Assembly: GCF_011745625.1 (NCBI RefSeq)
Contig: NW_027191501.1
Span: 1 to 64,000, forward strand
Direction of reading: 5' to 3'
Length of the DNA stretch: 64,000 bases
Origin: Cladosporium halotolerans
Lineage: Eukaryota
Part shown: positions 33,688 through 46,367 of the stretch, in pieces
Numbering within the stretch: position 1 is the first letter of the stretch
Layout of the letters: each line of letters begins with the position of its first letter
Translations under genes and position numbers: made by a program
Notes under the pieces: generated by a model
Database searches by the model: none
What the model was told of the DNA's origin: nothing
Seen by the model: the letters and a program-made list of their open reading frames with translations, nothing else

Positions 33688-35001
33688 TCACTCAGACATG
33701 TCTTCCGTGGGCTCAAGCCCCAGGTCGCCGGCGTCCAGAGCACTCCTACCGTCCGCTTTCACTTTGCTCAGAAGCTCCTTTGCGCGTGACCGCTCTGCAG
33801 CAGCCTTTTCGCGATATTGCGCGACTCGGACGCGATCTTGATAATCGCTTGGGGTGGATTCTCTGTCAATAGCTTCGGGGCCACTTCCACTGCGAGGGCG
33901 GGTACCGCTCGAAGCTAAAGACACGTAGAGGTCGGAGAGCCAGATTCCCATCATGCCTCGCAGGTGCAACAGTGGCTCGCTGATGTCGTAAGGTGGGCTC
34001 AGCAGTAGCTGATCGAGGCGGTCTTTGATTGGCATGATGTCTTCGATCTCGCGAATTGTGAGATCTTGGTCATTGGAAGAAGGTGATGGCGAGTCGCTGC
34101 GGTCACTCGCGTCGTCGCTTGCGATGCTGTGAGGCGACGATCTACGGTTCCTGGAGGCTTCGTCTCGCAGGTGTTTGTAGCGAGCCTGGACTTCGTACAC
34201 CCAGACGTTGAACAGCGCTGGATAGAATACTCTGGCATTGACCGTGTGCTGTGTGTGAGGCGTGTAGGGGTACTGCAAGATCAGGCGCTCATAATACTCC
34301 CGCGCGAGCTTAAAGCCTTCGTCAGAAACCTGAGTCTCCCAGTGATTCGGCTCTGCAATGCCTTCAACGTCTTGTGATAGCAATGATTCATCATCTTCTG
34401 CTCGCCTTGCAGCCTGAGCAGCTGCCTCGTTGCGTCTGCTTTGCTCGCGCCTCATGAGAATCTCAGCGCCGATACCCCATCGTCCATGCTGCCTAACATC
34501 GATGCCGAGTCCACCGACCTCAGTGCGTGCCAGCAAGCCCCATGCTCGAGACGCACGCTCCCAATCTCCCTTGAGCATGCATCGATGTAAGATGGCAGCG
34601 AGATTGTCCAGGTGCCTGCGTTTCAAGGACGTCGACTCATCCTCAGCTGCCTTCTTCGGGACATACAGAGGCGGTTTCACCGCTGCAAGCTCCTCTTCAG
34701 ACGACCTTTTCGGGCGCTCTGCAGATTTGACAGGGGCGTGAGGGAATGGGTGGCGCGGCAAAGGCTGCTCGCGCGAAAGGCCAGCTACGTGGAAAGGATC
34801 AGTCTTGTTCACGGGAGCAGAGGTTAGGGCTTTTTTGGGCGTCGAGGCATCGGAATCGGAAGATTGGTCTGACGACGAAGCGTCGCTGTCCGTCTCGTCG
34901 TTTTCTTCCCGCTTGCGCTTCCTGGCCTCGCGCTTCTGCTCGCGTGCGAGAAGAGGCTGCTTGCTTTTCGTCGGCCTGTAGGGCGGCGCAAACGTGGGCA
35001 T
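33688..35001 (-). CDS. RRN11: RNA polymerase I core factor subunit Rrn11-like, ~437 aa
   Basis: HLDNLAAILHRCMLKGDWERASRAWGLL...IDVR..GRWGIGAEIL and EYYERLILQYP resemble the fungal Rrn11 family. First ATG is at 35001. Confidence 0.75.
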   Translation of the reverse strand: MPTFAPPYRPTKSKQPLLAREQKREARKRKREENDETDSDASSSDQSSDSDASTPKKALTSAPVNKTDPFHVAGLSREQPLPRHPFPHAPVKSAERPKRSSEEELAAVKPPLYVPKKAAEDESTSLKRRHLDNLAAILHRCMLKGDWERASRAWGLLARTEVGGLGIDVRQHGRWGIGAEILMRREQSRRNEAAAQAARRAEDDESLLSQDVEGIAEPNHWETQVSDEGFKLAREYYERLILQYPYTPHTQHTVNARVFYPALFNVWVYEVQARYKHLRDEASRNRRSSPHSIASDDASDRSDSPSPSSNDQDLTIREIEDIMPIKDRLDQLLLSPPYDISEPLLHLRGMMGIWLSDLYVSLASSGTRPRSGSGPEAIDRESTPSDYQDRVRVAQYREKAAAERSRAKELLSKVKADGRSALDAGDLGLEPTEDMSE

Positions 35002-36356
35002 GGTGCCGGGTTGAAACAATCAGGTGTCAGGCGGAGACAGGCCACGGGAGGCGATTGCCATGTATTAAGGCGCGGATAATCCTGTTATGCCTTGGTTGCG
35101 TTTCATGTGCTGCAGCGACCGGCAAACGACAGGCTTACGGTGGCGTGCGGTGACTTGGAAGCTCCTTGCAACACCTGAGCCCCACCATGTGTGGTGTTTG
35201 ATCTCAGGTTGTCTGGCCCTACGCCCTCATGTTGTGTTGGCTCCGGTAATATGTGAAGCCGAAGGAGCGCTGAAAATAGCGATCGCTTGTATAAGGCAGC
35301 TGTCTCGAGTGAACCCTAAGAAAATCGGCGCTACCACGCGACACGTCCAATCACCGAACCCCGAGAGGCGATCTGCGACTGGGGCCCTCAGAAGTAGCAA
35401 TAATCTTCTCGGGTCAAACGGGGAATTCGAGGTGTCAAAGCTGCTGCAGAGATGCACATGAAACGCAGGCGGACTCATTTGGCAACGACTGCCTGCTTAC
35501 GAGATAAGGTACCTTGCTGAAAGCTGGTTTGCTAATCTCAATTCGTTCGATTGACTTCACGTGGACCAGTTGGAATTAATGGATGTCAGGAGAATCTGAC
35601 TGCTGACGCCTCACGAGGTCTGTTCAGAGCCAGTGATACCCGGGTGGGGATTGTGACTTCCTAGGCAGAAGAGGTGGGAGTTTGCATGGTACACGGCTAT
35701 TGTACTTTGTCATTGCTAGACTATGTATTTAATTAACAACATCGAAAACTCCGATTCAACACAGCAATCAATCTGTGAGATGCCCGGCACCACCGCCTTC
35801 CGGGCAGTTCTGAGACAGCGTCAGCACGCAGGGCCGAGGCCGTCAAAACGGCCGATTAGCGGCCTGAGGTATGACTGCATAGCGTACAACGGCCGCCCAC
35901 GCCGTCACCCAGCCGGGCGGCGCGCGCGCTCAACTAAGGTAACGGAACTGACTGTGAGGCCTTGCGCGGGTGATCACGACTACCGACTCCGTGGTACGGC
36001 ACGCCTGCTGCCAACAACGTCCTTGCCTACCTACCTCTTCCTCTCTCCGCCCTCCTCCATCCACCTTCCGCCGTCTCACCTTAGTCACCTGTGCTCTCGT
36101 TACCTTCGCCAGCGACTCGACACGCCGCCGCCCACGCGCCCGCATGCACAGCTGACCGGTCTACCTGCGCCCAAGCCTATCACTACACCCTCACCACCCA
36201 CCGCCCTCGCTATTCTCAGCCTTCCGCATACTTCACTTCTGCCGCCCGCCCTTCGTTCATAACCATCTGCTGCGACTCCGATCCGCGGCGGCCAAGAGGA
36301 GGTTACGATTCTGAGGCGGATATACCGCGAGGACATGCAGTGACCGGCCAACGGAC

Positions 36357-38785
36357 ATGGGTCAGGGCGCTTCACAGCCTCTCCGGGGCGACAACCAGGC
36401 TCCCGCGCCCGCTGCAAATAACACCAGCAGCCCTCAGCGCCGAAGACATTCCTCATTTGGAAACCTCCTCCGCTCACAGGAGCCGCAGAGGAGCAACGAA
36501 GATGACGACAATCTGCTGAGCGGACCGCCTCGGCGGCGGATGCCTATACGCTCTGGTAGCACTAACAGGCTCTCGCGCTTATTGAATCCATCCGCCATGA
36601 CTCCTCCCAGTGACGCGGGTCCGTCACGGCGCTCTACACTACAGAGGTCGCGCACTACAATATCCAACTTGTTTCGCAGAGACGATGCTGCGCCTGCCGA
36701 CAGCCGCCCGCCGACTTCGAGGAGCGTGCTCCACGACCGAGCGTCCTACGTACAAAACCCGCCGGTTAATGACGAAGACGCCGAATACCTTGCCCCGAGA
36801 CTTCCATCGCTCGACCGTAGCTCTACCTTTGAACAAGACCTGTTTGATTCTGAGCAAGGAAATGAGCAACCGCCGAGATCATCAGGCTCACATCGCCTGC
36901 CTAATATGCGCTTTAATGCCCTACGCCCAGACCGACCGTTCAGACACATCACATCCTCACTCAGGCGGCGGAGATCGCCTCCGCCACACGCTCTCCGACG
37001 GCCCGCTGGTGGGGAGGATCAAGCGACAATGCTGAGCCGACTGTTGAGTGTAGCTGCTGCTGCAACTGCCGCCACTCTTATGGGCGACGATCACCACGCT
37101 CTTAGTGAAGCCCGAGGGTTGACCGGAGGCACGGGTATTGGCGAAGTTGGTGGGAACGGCGAAGACGGCAGTTTCGACGGATTCTTGAGGGCGCTTCAGA
37201 ACGGAAGAATTGCATCGGCTTTGAGGCAAGGAGGCGAGTCCCAGGAAAATGGAGAAGGAGGTCAGTCTGGGCCCTTGAACTTCTTCCGGATGTTCCGATT
37301 TGGAGCTTCGGGGGCGACCTCAGGACCAGAAAATCAAGAGCGCCCCGGTTCGCAGGGTGAAGGATCCAACAACTCGGATCATCGCATGGTGCCCATCATC
37401 ATCGTTGGCATCCGCTCAATATCGCCGAACTCGAACTCTGCAGCAGGCGGAGTCGACGAGCTGCCGCCGTTCATTGATGCTCTTGGCCACTTTCCTTCAC
37501 CTCTACCGGCACACGCGCTTGGCGCACATGGCCATGACAGTATTGATTCCATCCTTCGCCCGCCGCAAAATGGTACGAGTTTCCGACACAGGAGGCGAGC
37601 CAGCATGGGCGGCCTTGGCATGGGACGCAGCCGGATCAACGACAGATATGACGACCAGCGAGACCATCGCTCACCTGACCGGCGACGCGAAAGGCCTTGG
37701 AGCGTTGCTAGCTCCAGCTCAAATGCCGAACCAAGACCGCCACCCGCAACGCCAGCCTCACCAAGCCCTGAGCTCAGCCGTATCTCTAGTAGAAATACCA
37801 CACCGTCTCACTCACGACCCGCGTCATTTGTCGCAAATAGCATCCGCGACTTTGCCTCAGATTCGCGCCGCAACAGCGCCTTGCACCGCTCCACCACGAG
37901 CCCACTATCAAGTCACACAGAAGAAAGCGGATCGCTTCATTCCACCCGATCGAGCGACAATCTGCTTGCCCAGTCCCGTGACTCAGAGCCATACCGCGGT
38001 CACCGCCGATCGGACACCGCACCAAACATTCATTACCCTCGGTTTGCGTCGGGTCATCCCCGCCGCAACGGCGTAGTCGAGCCTGACAACCTACCTTCGC
38101 TGTCACGGTCGTCCTCTGGTAACGCAACAGATGGCAATGCGAGCGCCAATAATGAGGAACGTAACAGCGACAGTCGCAGCTGGATCATCTACGTTCTTGG
38201 CGGTTCTTACCCAGAGAATCATCCCATCCTTACGACACCAAGTCTGTTCACAGAGAACCCAACCTACGAAGACATGATGCTACTCTCGACCTTACTGGGG
38301 CCCGCTAAAGCACCAGTGGCAAGCGAGGACGATGTCCAGTCTGCTGGTGGCCTCTATGAGATCGTTGTAGTGGAGTCACCCCCGGAGCAAGAGAATGTTA
38401 CCATTGTCACTCCCGAACGTCTCATGGCAGTCGTCAACCCTGAGACCAAGGGCGAAAACGATCCGGAAAGAGTTTCCCTCGAACTCGGACATCGCTGCCT
38501 TGTCTGTCTTTGTGACTTCGAAGTCAAGGAGACGGCGCGTCGACTTGCAAAGTGTGGCCACCTGTTCCACAAGGAGTGCATCGATCATGTAAGTGCGATA
38601 CAAATCTTTCAGCCTGTCGTAAATAGCTAACAACTCTCCAGTGGCTCACACAAGGCCGGAACTCGTGCCCACTCTGTCGTGGACAAGGTGTCAACGAAAA
38701 GGACAAAGCGGCGTCGTCAGAGACGGACAGCCCAGAAGACGTATCGCCGGCATCCCCGCCAGCGCCCGAGGCGACCGCGGTGTGA
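36357..38785 (+). CDS. RING-H2 E3 ubiquitin ligase with a probable N-myristoylation site, 791 aa; exons 36357-38588 and 38642-38785
   Basis: MGQGAS start and spliced RING CLVC...CGHLFHKECIDHWLTQGRNSCPLC. Also SRSWIIYVLGGSYPENHPIL and PTYEDMMLLS blocks. Confidence 0.9.
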
Positions 38786-39402
38786 GATGTCCGTTCGCGG
38801 TACCACACTATTCACTATACCACTGCCCCCGAATACTTCTCTTTATAATATTTCGAGCGTTGCCGGCTTTGCCCGGCTTTCTTTCCTACTATCACTTGGC
38901 GTTCTAGGCACAATCGCCCATTTGTGCCGGGCTGGGCAGATTGAGCTGGGGTCGGTATGTCAATATGGGGACATTAGCGAGCGTGGGCTGGAACGGGATG
39001 AATTGACGACCACCATTTCTACTATTTGTGCTCGCCAGTGCGAGCGCTTGAAGGGGATCGCAAGAGGGGCAGACGTAGCGTGTTTTCGGCGGTTCCCCCC
39101 AGAAAGGACATTCGCGTGATCCAATAACAATGATTCTGGTCTCCCCCTCACTAGAAGTACCTCCATTGGACTTTCCACTCACGCCATATCTCATCGACCC
39201 TGACGTTGTGAAGTAGATCTGCATGGCGACGGGTGTACCCGAGGCTGCATGGCGCTATCGATAGCACCCTGCTTGGCAAAAAAGTTCGCCAGAGCAGAGC
39301 GGGTGATTGCGCATTTTCAGGTTCGCCGCCTCTTTGGCCCTCTCCACTCCGCCTTCACATCCCTCCCACCCGGTGTTACACTCCCCCCACAACACCGCAA
39401 AG

Positions 39403-41370
39403 ATGAAGACGACATGGAAGGATATCGCGCCGGTGCCGACGTCGCAGGAGTTCCTGGACATCGTCCTGTCGCGCACCCAGCGCCGCCTGCCGACGCAGAT
39501 TCGCTCTGGCTTCCAGATCACCCGTATCAGAGCCTTCTACATGCGCAAGGTCAAATACACCGCAGAGACTTTCGGAGAGAAGCTGTCTGCCATCCTGGAC
39601 GGCTTCCCTAGACTCGCCGACATCCACCCATTCCACAAGGATCTGCTGAACACCCTTTACGATGCCGACCACTTCCGCATTGCGCTGGGCCAGTGCAACA
39701 CGGCGAAGAGCTTGATCGAGACGGTGGCCAGAGATTACGTGCGTCTGATCAAGTACGGCCAGAGCTTGTTCCAGTGCAAGCAGCTCAAGCGCGCCGCGCT
39801 CGGTCGCATGGCCACCATCTGCAAGAGGCTGAAGGACCCTCTCCTCTACCTGGACCAGGTCAGGCAGCACTTGGGCCGTCTGCCGTCTATCGACCCGAAC
39901 ACCCGCACCCTCCTCATCTGCGGCTACCCCAACGTCGGCAAGTCTTCTTTCCTGAAGAACATCTCCCGCGCGGACGTGGACGTGCAGCCGTACGCCTTCA
40001 CCACGAAGAGTCTGTTCGTGGGCCACTTCGACTACAAGATGCTGCGTTTCCAGGCCATCGACACCCCCGGTATCCTGGACCACCCGCTTGAAGAGATGAA
40101 CACTATTGAGATGCAGTCCATCACCGCCATTGCGCATTTGAGGAGTGCGATCTGCTACTTCATGGATTTGAGCGAGCAGTGCGGCTACAGCGTGCACGCG
40201 CAGATGGCGCTGTTCCGCAGCATCAAGCCGCTTTTCGCCAACAAGCTTGTCTTCATTGTTGTCAACAAGATTGACGTGACTAGGCCTGAGGATCTGGATG
40301 AGGCTACCCAGCTCGAGCTGAAGGAGCTGCTGAACATGGGCAATGTGGAGCTGCTGCAGACTTCTTGCGCGACCACCGAGGGTCTCATGAACGTCAGGAA
40401 CGCCGTCTGCGACCGCCTGCTGGCTGAGAGGAACGCCGCGAAGCTGAAGGCCGGTACCAACGCTTCTGGCGAGGTCACTGGCCGTCTCGGCGATGTCCTG
40501 AAGAGAATTCACGTTGCGCAGCCGATCGGCGGCGTCACTCGCGAGACTTACATTCCCGACGCCGTCAAGGACAAGATCAAGTACGACAAGGACGACCCCA
40601 ACCGCCCCAAGCTTATGCGCGATATCGAGGAGGAAGAGGGCGGCGCTGGCGTGTTCAACATCAACTTGCGCGACAAGTACCTGCTGGAGAACGACGAGTG
40701 GAAGAACGACCGCATCCCGGAGTACTTCGAGGGCAAGAATGTCTACGACTTCATCGACCCGGACATCGACGCCAAGCTTGCCGCTCTCGAAGAGGAGGAG
40801 TCGCGTCTTGCGGAGGAGGGCTACTACGACGACGAGGAAGAGGAGGAGCTCGAGGACGCGGACGAGGCCGACATCAAATACAAGGCCGACCTGATCCGCG
40901 AGAAGAGGCAGTTGATCAGGAACGAGAACAAGATGCGCAAGTCCCTCAAGAACAAGGCCATCATCCCCAGAAACAAGAAGAATGTCGACCTCAACACAAT
41001 GCAGGCCGGCCTCGAGAACGCCGGCTACGACACCTCCGCCATCGAGGAGCGCGCCCGCAACGCCTCCAGGCCCTCCAGGCCCCGCAGCCGCGCCGCCACC
41101 GAGGACAGCGCCATGGACGTCGACTCCACCCCTCAAGAGCGCCTGCGCAGCAAGTCTCGCGTCCAGTCGAGATCCGCTGCTTCCAACCGCAACGCCACCG
41201 GTATCACCGACGGCAAGGCGCAGGAGAAGGCCGCCAAGCTGGCCAAGCTTGTCCAGCGCCAGCGTAACCGCATGGCCAGGCAGGGTGATGCCGACCACAG
41301 GGAGACCGCCAGTAAGGCTAAGTGGCTGCTTGCTGGCAAGCGTGGTATGGGCAGCACCAGGAGTCGTTAA
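39403..41370 (+). CDS. NOG1: Nucleolar GTP-binding protein 1, 655 aa
   Basis: [16 protein letters not shown]1 [17 protein letters not shown]3 DTPG, G4 NKID and C-terminal GKRGMG. Confidence 0.97.
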   Translation: MKTTWKDIAPVPTSQEFLDIVLSRTQRRLPTQIRSGFQITRIRAFYMRKVKYTAETFGEKLSAILDGFPRLADIHPFHKDLLNTLYDADHFRIALGQCNTAKSLIETVARDYVRLIKYGQSLFQCKQLKRAALGRMATICKRLKDPLLYLDQVRQHLGRLPSIDPNTRTLLICGYPNVGKSSFLKNISRADVDVQPYAFTTKSLFVGHFDYKMLRFQAIDTPGILDHPLEEMNTIEMQSITAIAHLRSAICYFMDLSEQCGYSVHAQMALFRSIKPLFANKLVFIVVNKIDVTRPEDLDEATQLELKELLNMGNVELLQTSCATTEGLMNVRNAVCDRLLAERNAAKLKAGTNASGEVTGRLGDVLKRIHVAQPIGGVTRETYIPDAVKDKIKYDKDDPNRPKLMRDIEEEEGGAGVFNINLRDKYLLENDEWKNDRIPEYFEGKNVYDFIDPDIDAKLAALEEEESRLAEEGYYDDEEEEELEDADEADIKYKADLIREKRQLIRNENKMRKSLKNKAIIPRNKKNVDLNTMQAGLENAGYDTSAIEERARNASRPSRPRSRAATEDSAMDVDSTPQERLRSKSRVQSRSAASNRNATGITDGKAQEKAAKLAKLVQRQRNRMARQGDADHRETASKAKWLLAGKRGMGSTRSR

Positions 41371-42004
41371 GACATTTCGCTCCGTCCTGGTGTGGATTTG
41401 TGCCGGATTAGGTTGCCTTACGAGAGCTGCTAAGTGATTTTTCTAAAACTCAGCGTGCATGGCGTTTTGGACGGCGTTTTGGCGGAGTCTTGACACGAAT
41501 GATTGAACGGGTTGCTGGCTCGGGATCGAGAGCCTTGAAAGTCTACATAGATTGCAATGTAATTTTCTCTTGACTGCATGCCATTGTTCGCTCCGTCAAT
41601 CAATTTTGCACGACCGAATATCATAATTCGGAGTCCTTTTCGCACCTGTCGTCAGCGACAAATCTTTGGGTTTTGGAATTGCATTTCGGAGCCAGGCCCA
41701 CGGCCCACCGCCTCCGAAACAATGATGTAACAGTCGAGGCCCTGCCAGACTTTCCATCATCATGAAGTGTCGTCACATGAAATTGATACCACTAAAGCCT
41801 CCGTTCCCTCCGATTCGAATGGTGACTTGAAATTGTCATTACTCACAGCCCAGTGTAAGTGGACCTTTATAAGTTAAGTACTTCTGTCCCTGGTGTCACC
41901 CTCTCACGACATCATTCCTTCTCCTGCGGTGTTGCAATCTTCAGCGTTCCTTTTCACCATATACCCAATTGTTCCCTGACCAATTATCCATTCCCGCCTT
42001 CACC

Positions 42005-42817
42005 ATGTCTTGCGGAAAGAGATACAAGATCATGGACTTCAACTGCGCCCTCATCACCGGCGGCGCCGGCGGCATCGGCCGCGCCATGGCCGAATACTTT
42101 CAATCGAAGGGCAAAAAAGTCATCATCGCCGGCCGCACCGAGTCCAAGCTCCAAACCGCCTCGCAAGAACTGGGCAACGTCCCCTACTACGTGCTCGACA
42201 CGGGCGACACATCGGCCATCCCGCCCTTCGTCGCGCAGATCACGCAAGACCACCCGGACCTCGACTGCCTGGTCAACAACGCCGGCGTGCAGCGGCCCCT
42301 GGACGTCAACACCATGAGCGTCGACGAGTTCCTGCCCAAAGCAGACCAGGAGCTGCGCACCAACATCTTCGGCCCCATGCACCTCGCCATCCACCTGCTG
42401 CCGCACCTCAAAGCGCACTCCGCGGGCGGCACGGGCGCCGTCATCCTGAACGTGTCGTCTGTGCTCGGCCTCAACCCCACCAGCATCATCAACCCCGTGT
42501 ACAACGGCAGCAAGGCCTACATCCACTTCTGGACGATGAACCTGCGCACGCAGCTGGAGAAGGACAAGACGGACGTGCGGGTCGTCGAGGTCGTGCCGCC
42601 GAGCGTGGGCACGGACTTGCACCGTGAGCGGGAGAACCCGGACGATAATAAGAAGGAGAAGGGCGCGAGTGCGTTGACTGTTGAGGAGTTTATGAAGGAG
42701 GTTGCGGAGCAGTTGGAGAAGGACGAGGATGTGATTAGTGCGGGGCCCGGAAAGGAGTTGGTGGAGAAGTGGTATGGGGCGTTTGGGGAGGCGTATAAGC
42801 AGGCTGAGGCGAAGTAG
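42005..42817 (+). CDS. Short-chain dehydrogenase/reductase (DltE-like), ~270 aa
   Basis: TGGAGGIG, NNAG, NVSS and catalytic YNGSK. Confidence 0.9.
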   Translation: MSCGKRYKIMDFNCALITGGAGGIGRAMAEYFQSKGKKVIIAGRTESKLQTASQELGNVPYYVLDTGDTSAIPPFVAQITQDHPDLDCLVNNAGVQRPLDVNTMSVDEFLPKADQELRTNIFGPMHLAIHLLPHLKAHSAGGTGAVILNVSSVLGLNPTSIINPVYNGSKAYIHFWTMNLRTQLEKDKTDVRVVEVVPPSVGTDLHRERENPDDNKKEKGASALTVEEFMKEVAEQLEKDEDVISAGPGKELVEKWYGAFGEAYKQAEAK

Positions 42818-42997
42818 AGGTTGGACGGAAAGCGATTATGCAATGGATGATAGATGATTGAATATGATTAATGGTTATGCCCTCTAAGGAGATTTGCTCT
42901 GAATTTCATTCGATGTTGGATTGCGAGATGGATACTTCGCTACAGACTGGATCGTGACGGTCGCTATTGTTGGGTGGGAGATTCGTCGAGAGAACAA

Positions 42998-44415
42998 TCA
43001 TCTTTTTGTGGAGGTCACGCCTCTTGAGTGTCTCGCGACAGCTTTCCGTGCCTCGTTCGGCACATCATACTCGCTCAATTCCCGATCATACTTGGTGAAC
43101 AAGCCGATTTTCACTACGTTGATGTTAGCGCTGCGTTCTACCATTTCAGCAGACCGAGGCAAAGGTACCGCTTATCCAAATGAAGAAGTACATCACCATT
43201 TCTTGCACGACTCCCATATCATGCTTCATCGCACCTCGCTTCTGAGCCTCCTTTCGGATCCACCTTAGTCGTGGTATACGCATGTCGGAGTAGAGCTTCG
43301 TTGCGGTTTGCCATCCGTCTCGTCCTTGAGCTTGATATTCGGCCAGCAGCATGGCTAGAATCTCGCAGTCCTCTAGAGCCATACTCGCGCCTTGGCCGCT
43401 GCCTTTTGTTGTCAGTGCTTCAGCCTCTCTCAAGCCGGGCTAGGGTGCTTACTCGGTTGCAGAGCGTGAGCAGCATCTCCGACAAGCACGCATCCACCTC
43501 GTTCCCATGTCGGTAAGTCGGGAGTTGTGAACGTTGGATAGACGTTATCGATCTCAACATCCTCCATGATGCGCCTTACCGTATTATTCTTCCAGTCCCG
43601 GTGTCGCTGCCAGAGTTGGCTTTTGGCGTCTTCACGATCAATGTTCCGCCAGTTCGTTGGACATTCGGCGAGCGAGTACGTAGCCACCACGCGGCCACAT
43701 CCCCATGCTTGCGAAAATCGACACCGTTCGACGAGCTGTAGCCATAGCCAAAGAATCCGTTAGCGCCAAAAACAATGTTCATCTCGCCATCACCCACACC
43801 ATTGAGCTTATCAGCAGACACAAAGCCACCCACGCCCGTGAGTCCCGCATACTCAGGCTCAAGCTCTTTCTCCAGTACCGCGTTCCTTACCCGACTCCAA
43901 ATCCCATCACATCCGATCACCAACTCAGCCCGAACCTCGCTCCCATCCGCAAACCTAACAGCACACCCATCCAACCCAGTCCGCACATCAACAGCCTTCC
44001 TCCCACTCTCCACAACCCCATTAGGCACTCTGCGCCTCAAACACCTCCAAAACGCCTCCCTCCCAACCAACACCCCACCACCACTCTCCTGAACCTGCGT
44101 CTCACCCAACACCCAGCCCCTCGCATTGCTCATCCGCCACCGCCCCATCCAATGCCCCGTCTTTAGGACCTCTTCTTCCAGCTCCGGGTCCAGACGGCGC
44201 AGTACGCGCAGGCCGACGGGCGAGAAGCCGAGGGCGCCGCCGATGAGGGAGGCGTTGGAGGTTTGGAGGTCAGTGAGTTTTGTCGGGGATGAGGTGGTTG
44301 TGGTAGGGCGGGCTTCGTAGATTTTGACGGAGTGGGTTGTGGTGAGATTGAGTCTGTGCAGCCACAGGTAGAAGGAGAGGCCGGAGATACCGCTGCCGAT
44401 TATGGCGATTTGCAT
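42998..44415 (-). pseudogene. FAD-dependent monooxygenase (salicylate hydroxylase-like) with a 1-bp frameshift near 43684 (pseudogene or assembly error); exons 44415-43453, 43402-43169, 43113-42998
   Basis: GSGISG, IGCDG and LVGDAAHALQPSSGQGASMALED motifs. Exon 1 is 963 nt where 964 is needed; TGG TGG [T]CT ACG TAC would restore WWSTY. Confidence 0.8.
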
Positions 44416-44813
44416 GGTTATCGTTGGATGATTCGGGGTGACTTGGGTGTATTTGTCCTGCGATCTCAGATTTCATCGGCTTACGACAGACTCTCCAGCA
44501 ACGCGCGATGTTTGATGAAGCTCGACTTGGACCGTCCTTCGATGTTCTATAGCTGATGATCGAACGAACAAGAAATCGTTGGCCAACTTGTGTCAATGCT
44601 TCAGCGTGAGTTGATGAGGGCCTATTATTATACGTTCAATTCATCAAGCTTTCGGCGAAAGCTTCTTTGCGGTTGCCTCGCAGTGCGTGAGGTTGGCTGG
44701 TTGTCACTGCGAATGCGCAAAGCGGGGCTGAATCATCACCTGATGTTTGTCGCATTCTCGGATTTTTTACTTTGGACGGATCTTCAGGCCCAGCGCGCAT
44801 TAGTGATGTTAGC

Positions 44814-44840
44814 GAGAGAGAGAGAGAACACGAGAGAGAG
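44814..44840. repeat. Short interrupted (GA)n microsatellite
   Basis: GAGAGAGAGAGAGA ACAC GAGAGAGAG. Confidence 0.6.
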
Positions 44841-45019
44841 TCTGCTCTTCAGTGCACTTGTTATGCTGGCTAGACCTGCCCTCACTTCTGGGAACTGAAC
44901 AACGAGCAGAGATGAGAGATGATGTAAATGTCTTTTGCATTGCCACCGTACTGCTACGACGGTGAATCAACATTTTCTCCACGAGCGATCTGGTCTCGTA
45001 TCGTGGGTTTGTTTGAAGA

Positions 45020-45808
45020 TCACATGATAGTACAAGACGGCTCCTCAGATCTGCCACTTCGTGATGTCGTGGTCATAGCCGCAGTCTTCGCTATGTCTTC
45101 AAAGACCTCTCTGCAAAGCTGCGATGTTGTCAGTCCTGGTCGTTGTTCCTCGAGAATACATAGCATGCATACCTCGCCAGTCTCAGCGCTACATTCGCAA
45201 TATCGATCGCAGCGCATCTCCTGCGCTATTCGAAGCGCTTCCTGTGGATACACAAAAGTCCGGCTATGGAGCGGCTGTTGATCGTCTGATGCCGCTCCAC
45301 CTTCGGCGGCGGGTCTTACAGATCCGCCGTAATCTTCTTTCGTTCGAACGTCCCGCTTGAGTCCCAGCAGAATGACGGGCAATAGCTCATTGTAGTTGAA
45401 GTGCTTCTCGACGAGGGTCTTCCAGTGCGTGTGTACGCTTTTCAGAGATTCCGGGCTTGCGATGGAGTAGCAAAGAATCACGACCGCTGGTCTAAGCAGG
45501 GTGTAGTTCTGAGGAGATGCTGTATCGTAGAACTCGAATCGATATGGCCTATTGTACATGCGAATGTTGAAAGGAAATGGCTGGTCCAGATCGCGTAAGA
45601 CCGGTAGAGGTCCTTTGGTGGAGTGGCCACCAGTGCCCAAGGTCAAGCGGCTGCGAGACGCTCAGTATTACAGTACAGACAAGGGGAGCCATTCAAATAG
45701 CGTCTAGACTGCAGGCAGAACATACGATAGGAATGTCGACTTGCCTACTTCGGCGTCACCAAGGAGTAGGATGGGGACCTCGGGCGGGTCGATGTTCGAG
45801 TCTGCCAT
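45020..45808 (-). CDS. Atypical Rho-like small GTPase, 219 aa; exons 45808-45726, 45650-45173, 45118-45020
   Basis: G1 GDAEVGKS, G3 DTASP, G4 GLKRD, G5 ECSA and CAAX CTIM. Confidence 0.85.
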
Positions 45809-46367
45809 TGTAGGAGGGGAGGCGCCTTCGGTCCCTCAAACACAGTCTGTGTAATGCATGGTATATCGCACCACAGGCCAGTGCCGCAGGTGTCACGGCC
45901 ACGTGCAGGCTTCGAGGGGTTTGATAAGGATAAGGCGCGGCTGCCGGCGTCTGCGTCGCTTACGTGCATGTGAATGCGCCTGAGGCGCCCTTGTCCGCTT
46001 GCCGCGCCTCGCCGGCCTTTCCCTTCCCCGCGATTTGCTCACTGCGCTCGGGCCACTGGCGGGAAAAAGGTGACGACCCAATGTTCAAGATTCTCTGGCT
46101 GCTATGCCTGCGTATTCCAATATGACCAACCACCACTCGGCCCCGCCAACCTCACCACACGACTCTTCGTCGACCGCTCCGGCAACAATCAGAGCCCGGC
46201 GCTTGGCCGTTCTCCTGCTCCCGCCCTAGCCAGTTCCCTACCAGACGAAGTGGAGCAGTCTCTGAGCAAAAGCGATCGACTTCCAGCAAGCTCTGCCTGA
46301 TTGATCAACTTGCTCGGCCAACACCTCCCTTCCACACGAACACCTCTCCCTAGACCAGACTATCAGA

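Noticed and set aside
42005..44415. SDR plus FAD monooxygenase as a secondary-metabolite cluster
   Set aside because: No backbone enzyme, transporter or cluster regulator nearby; the flanking genes are housekeeping.
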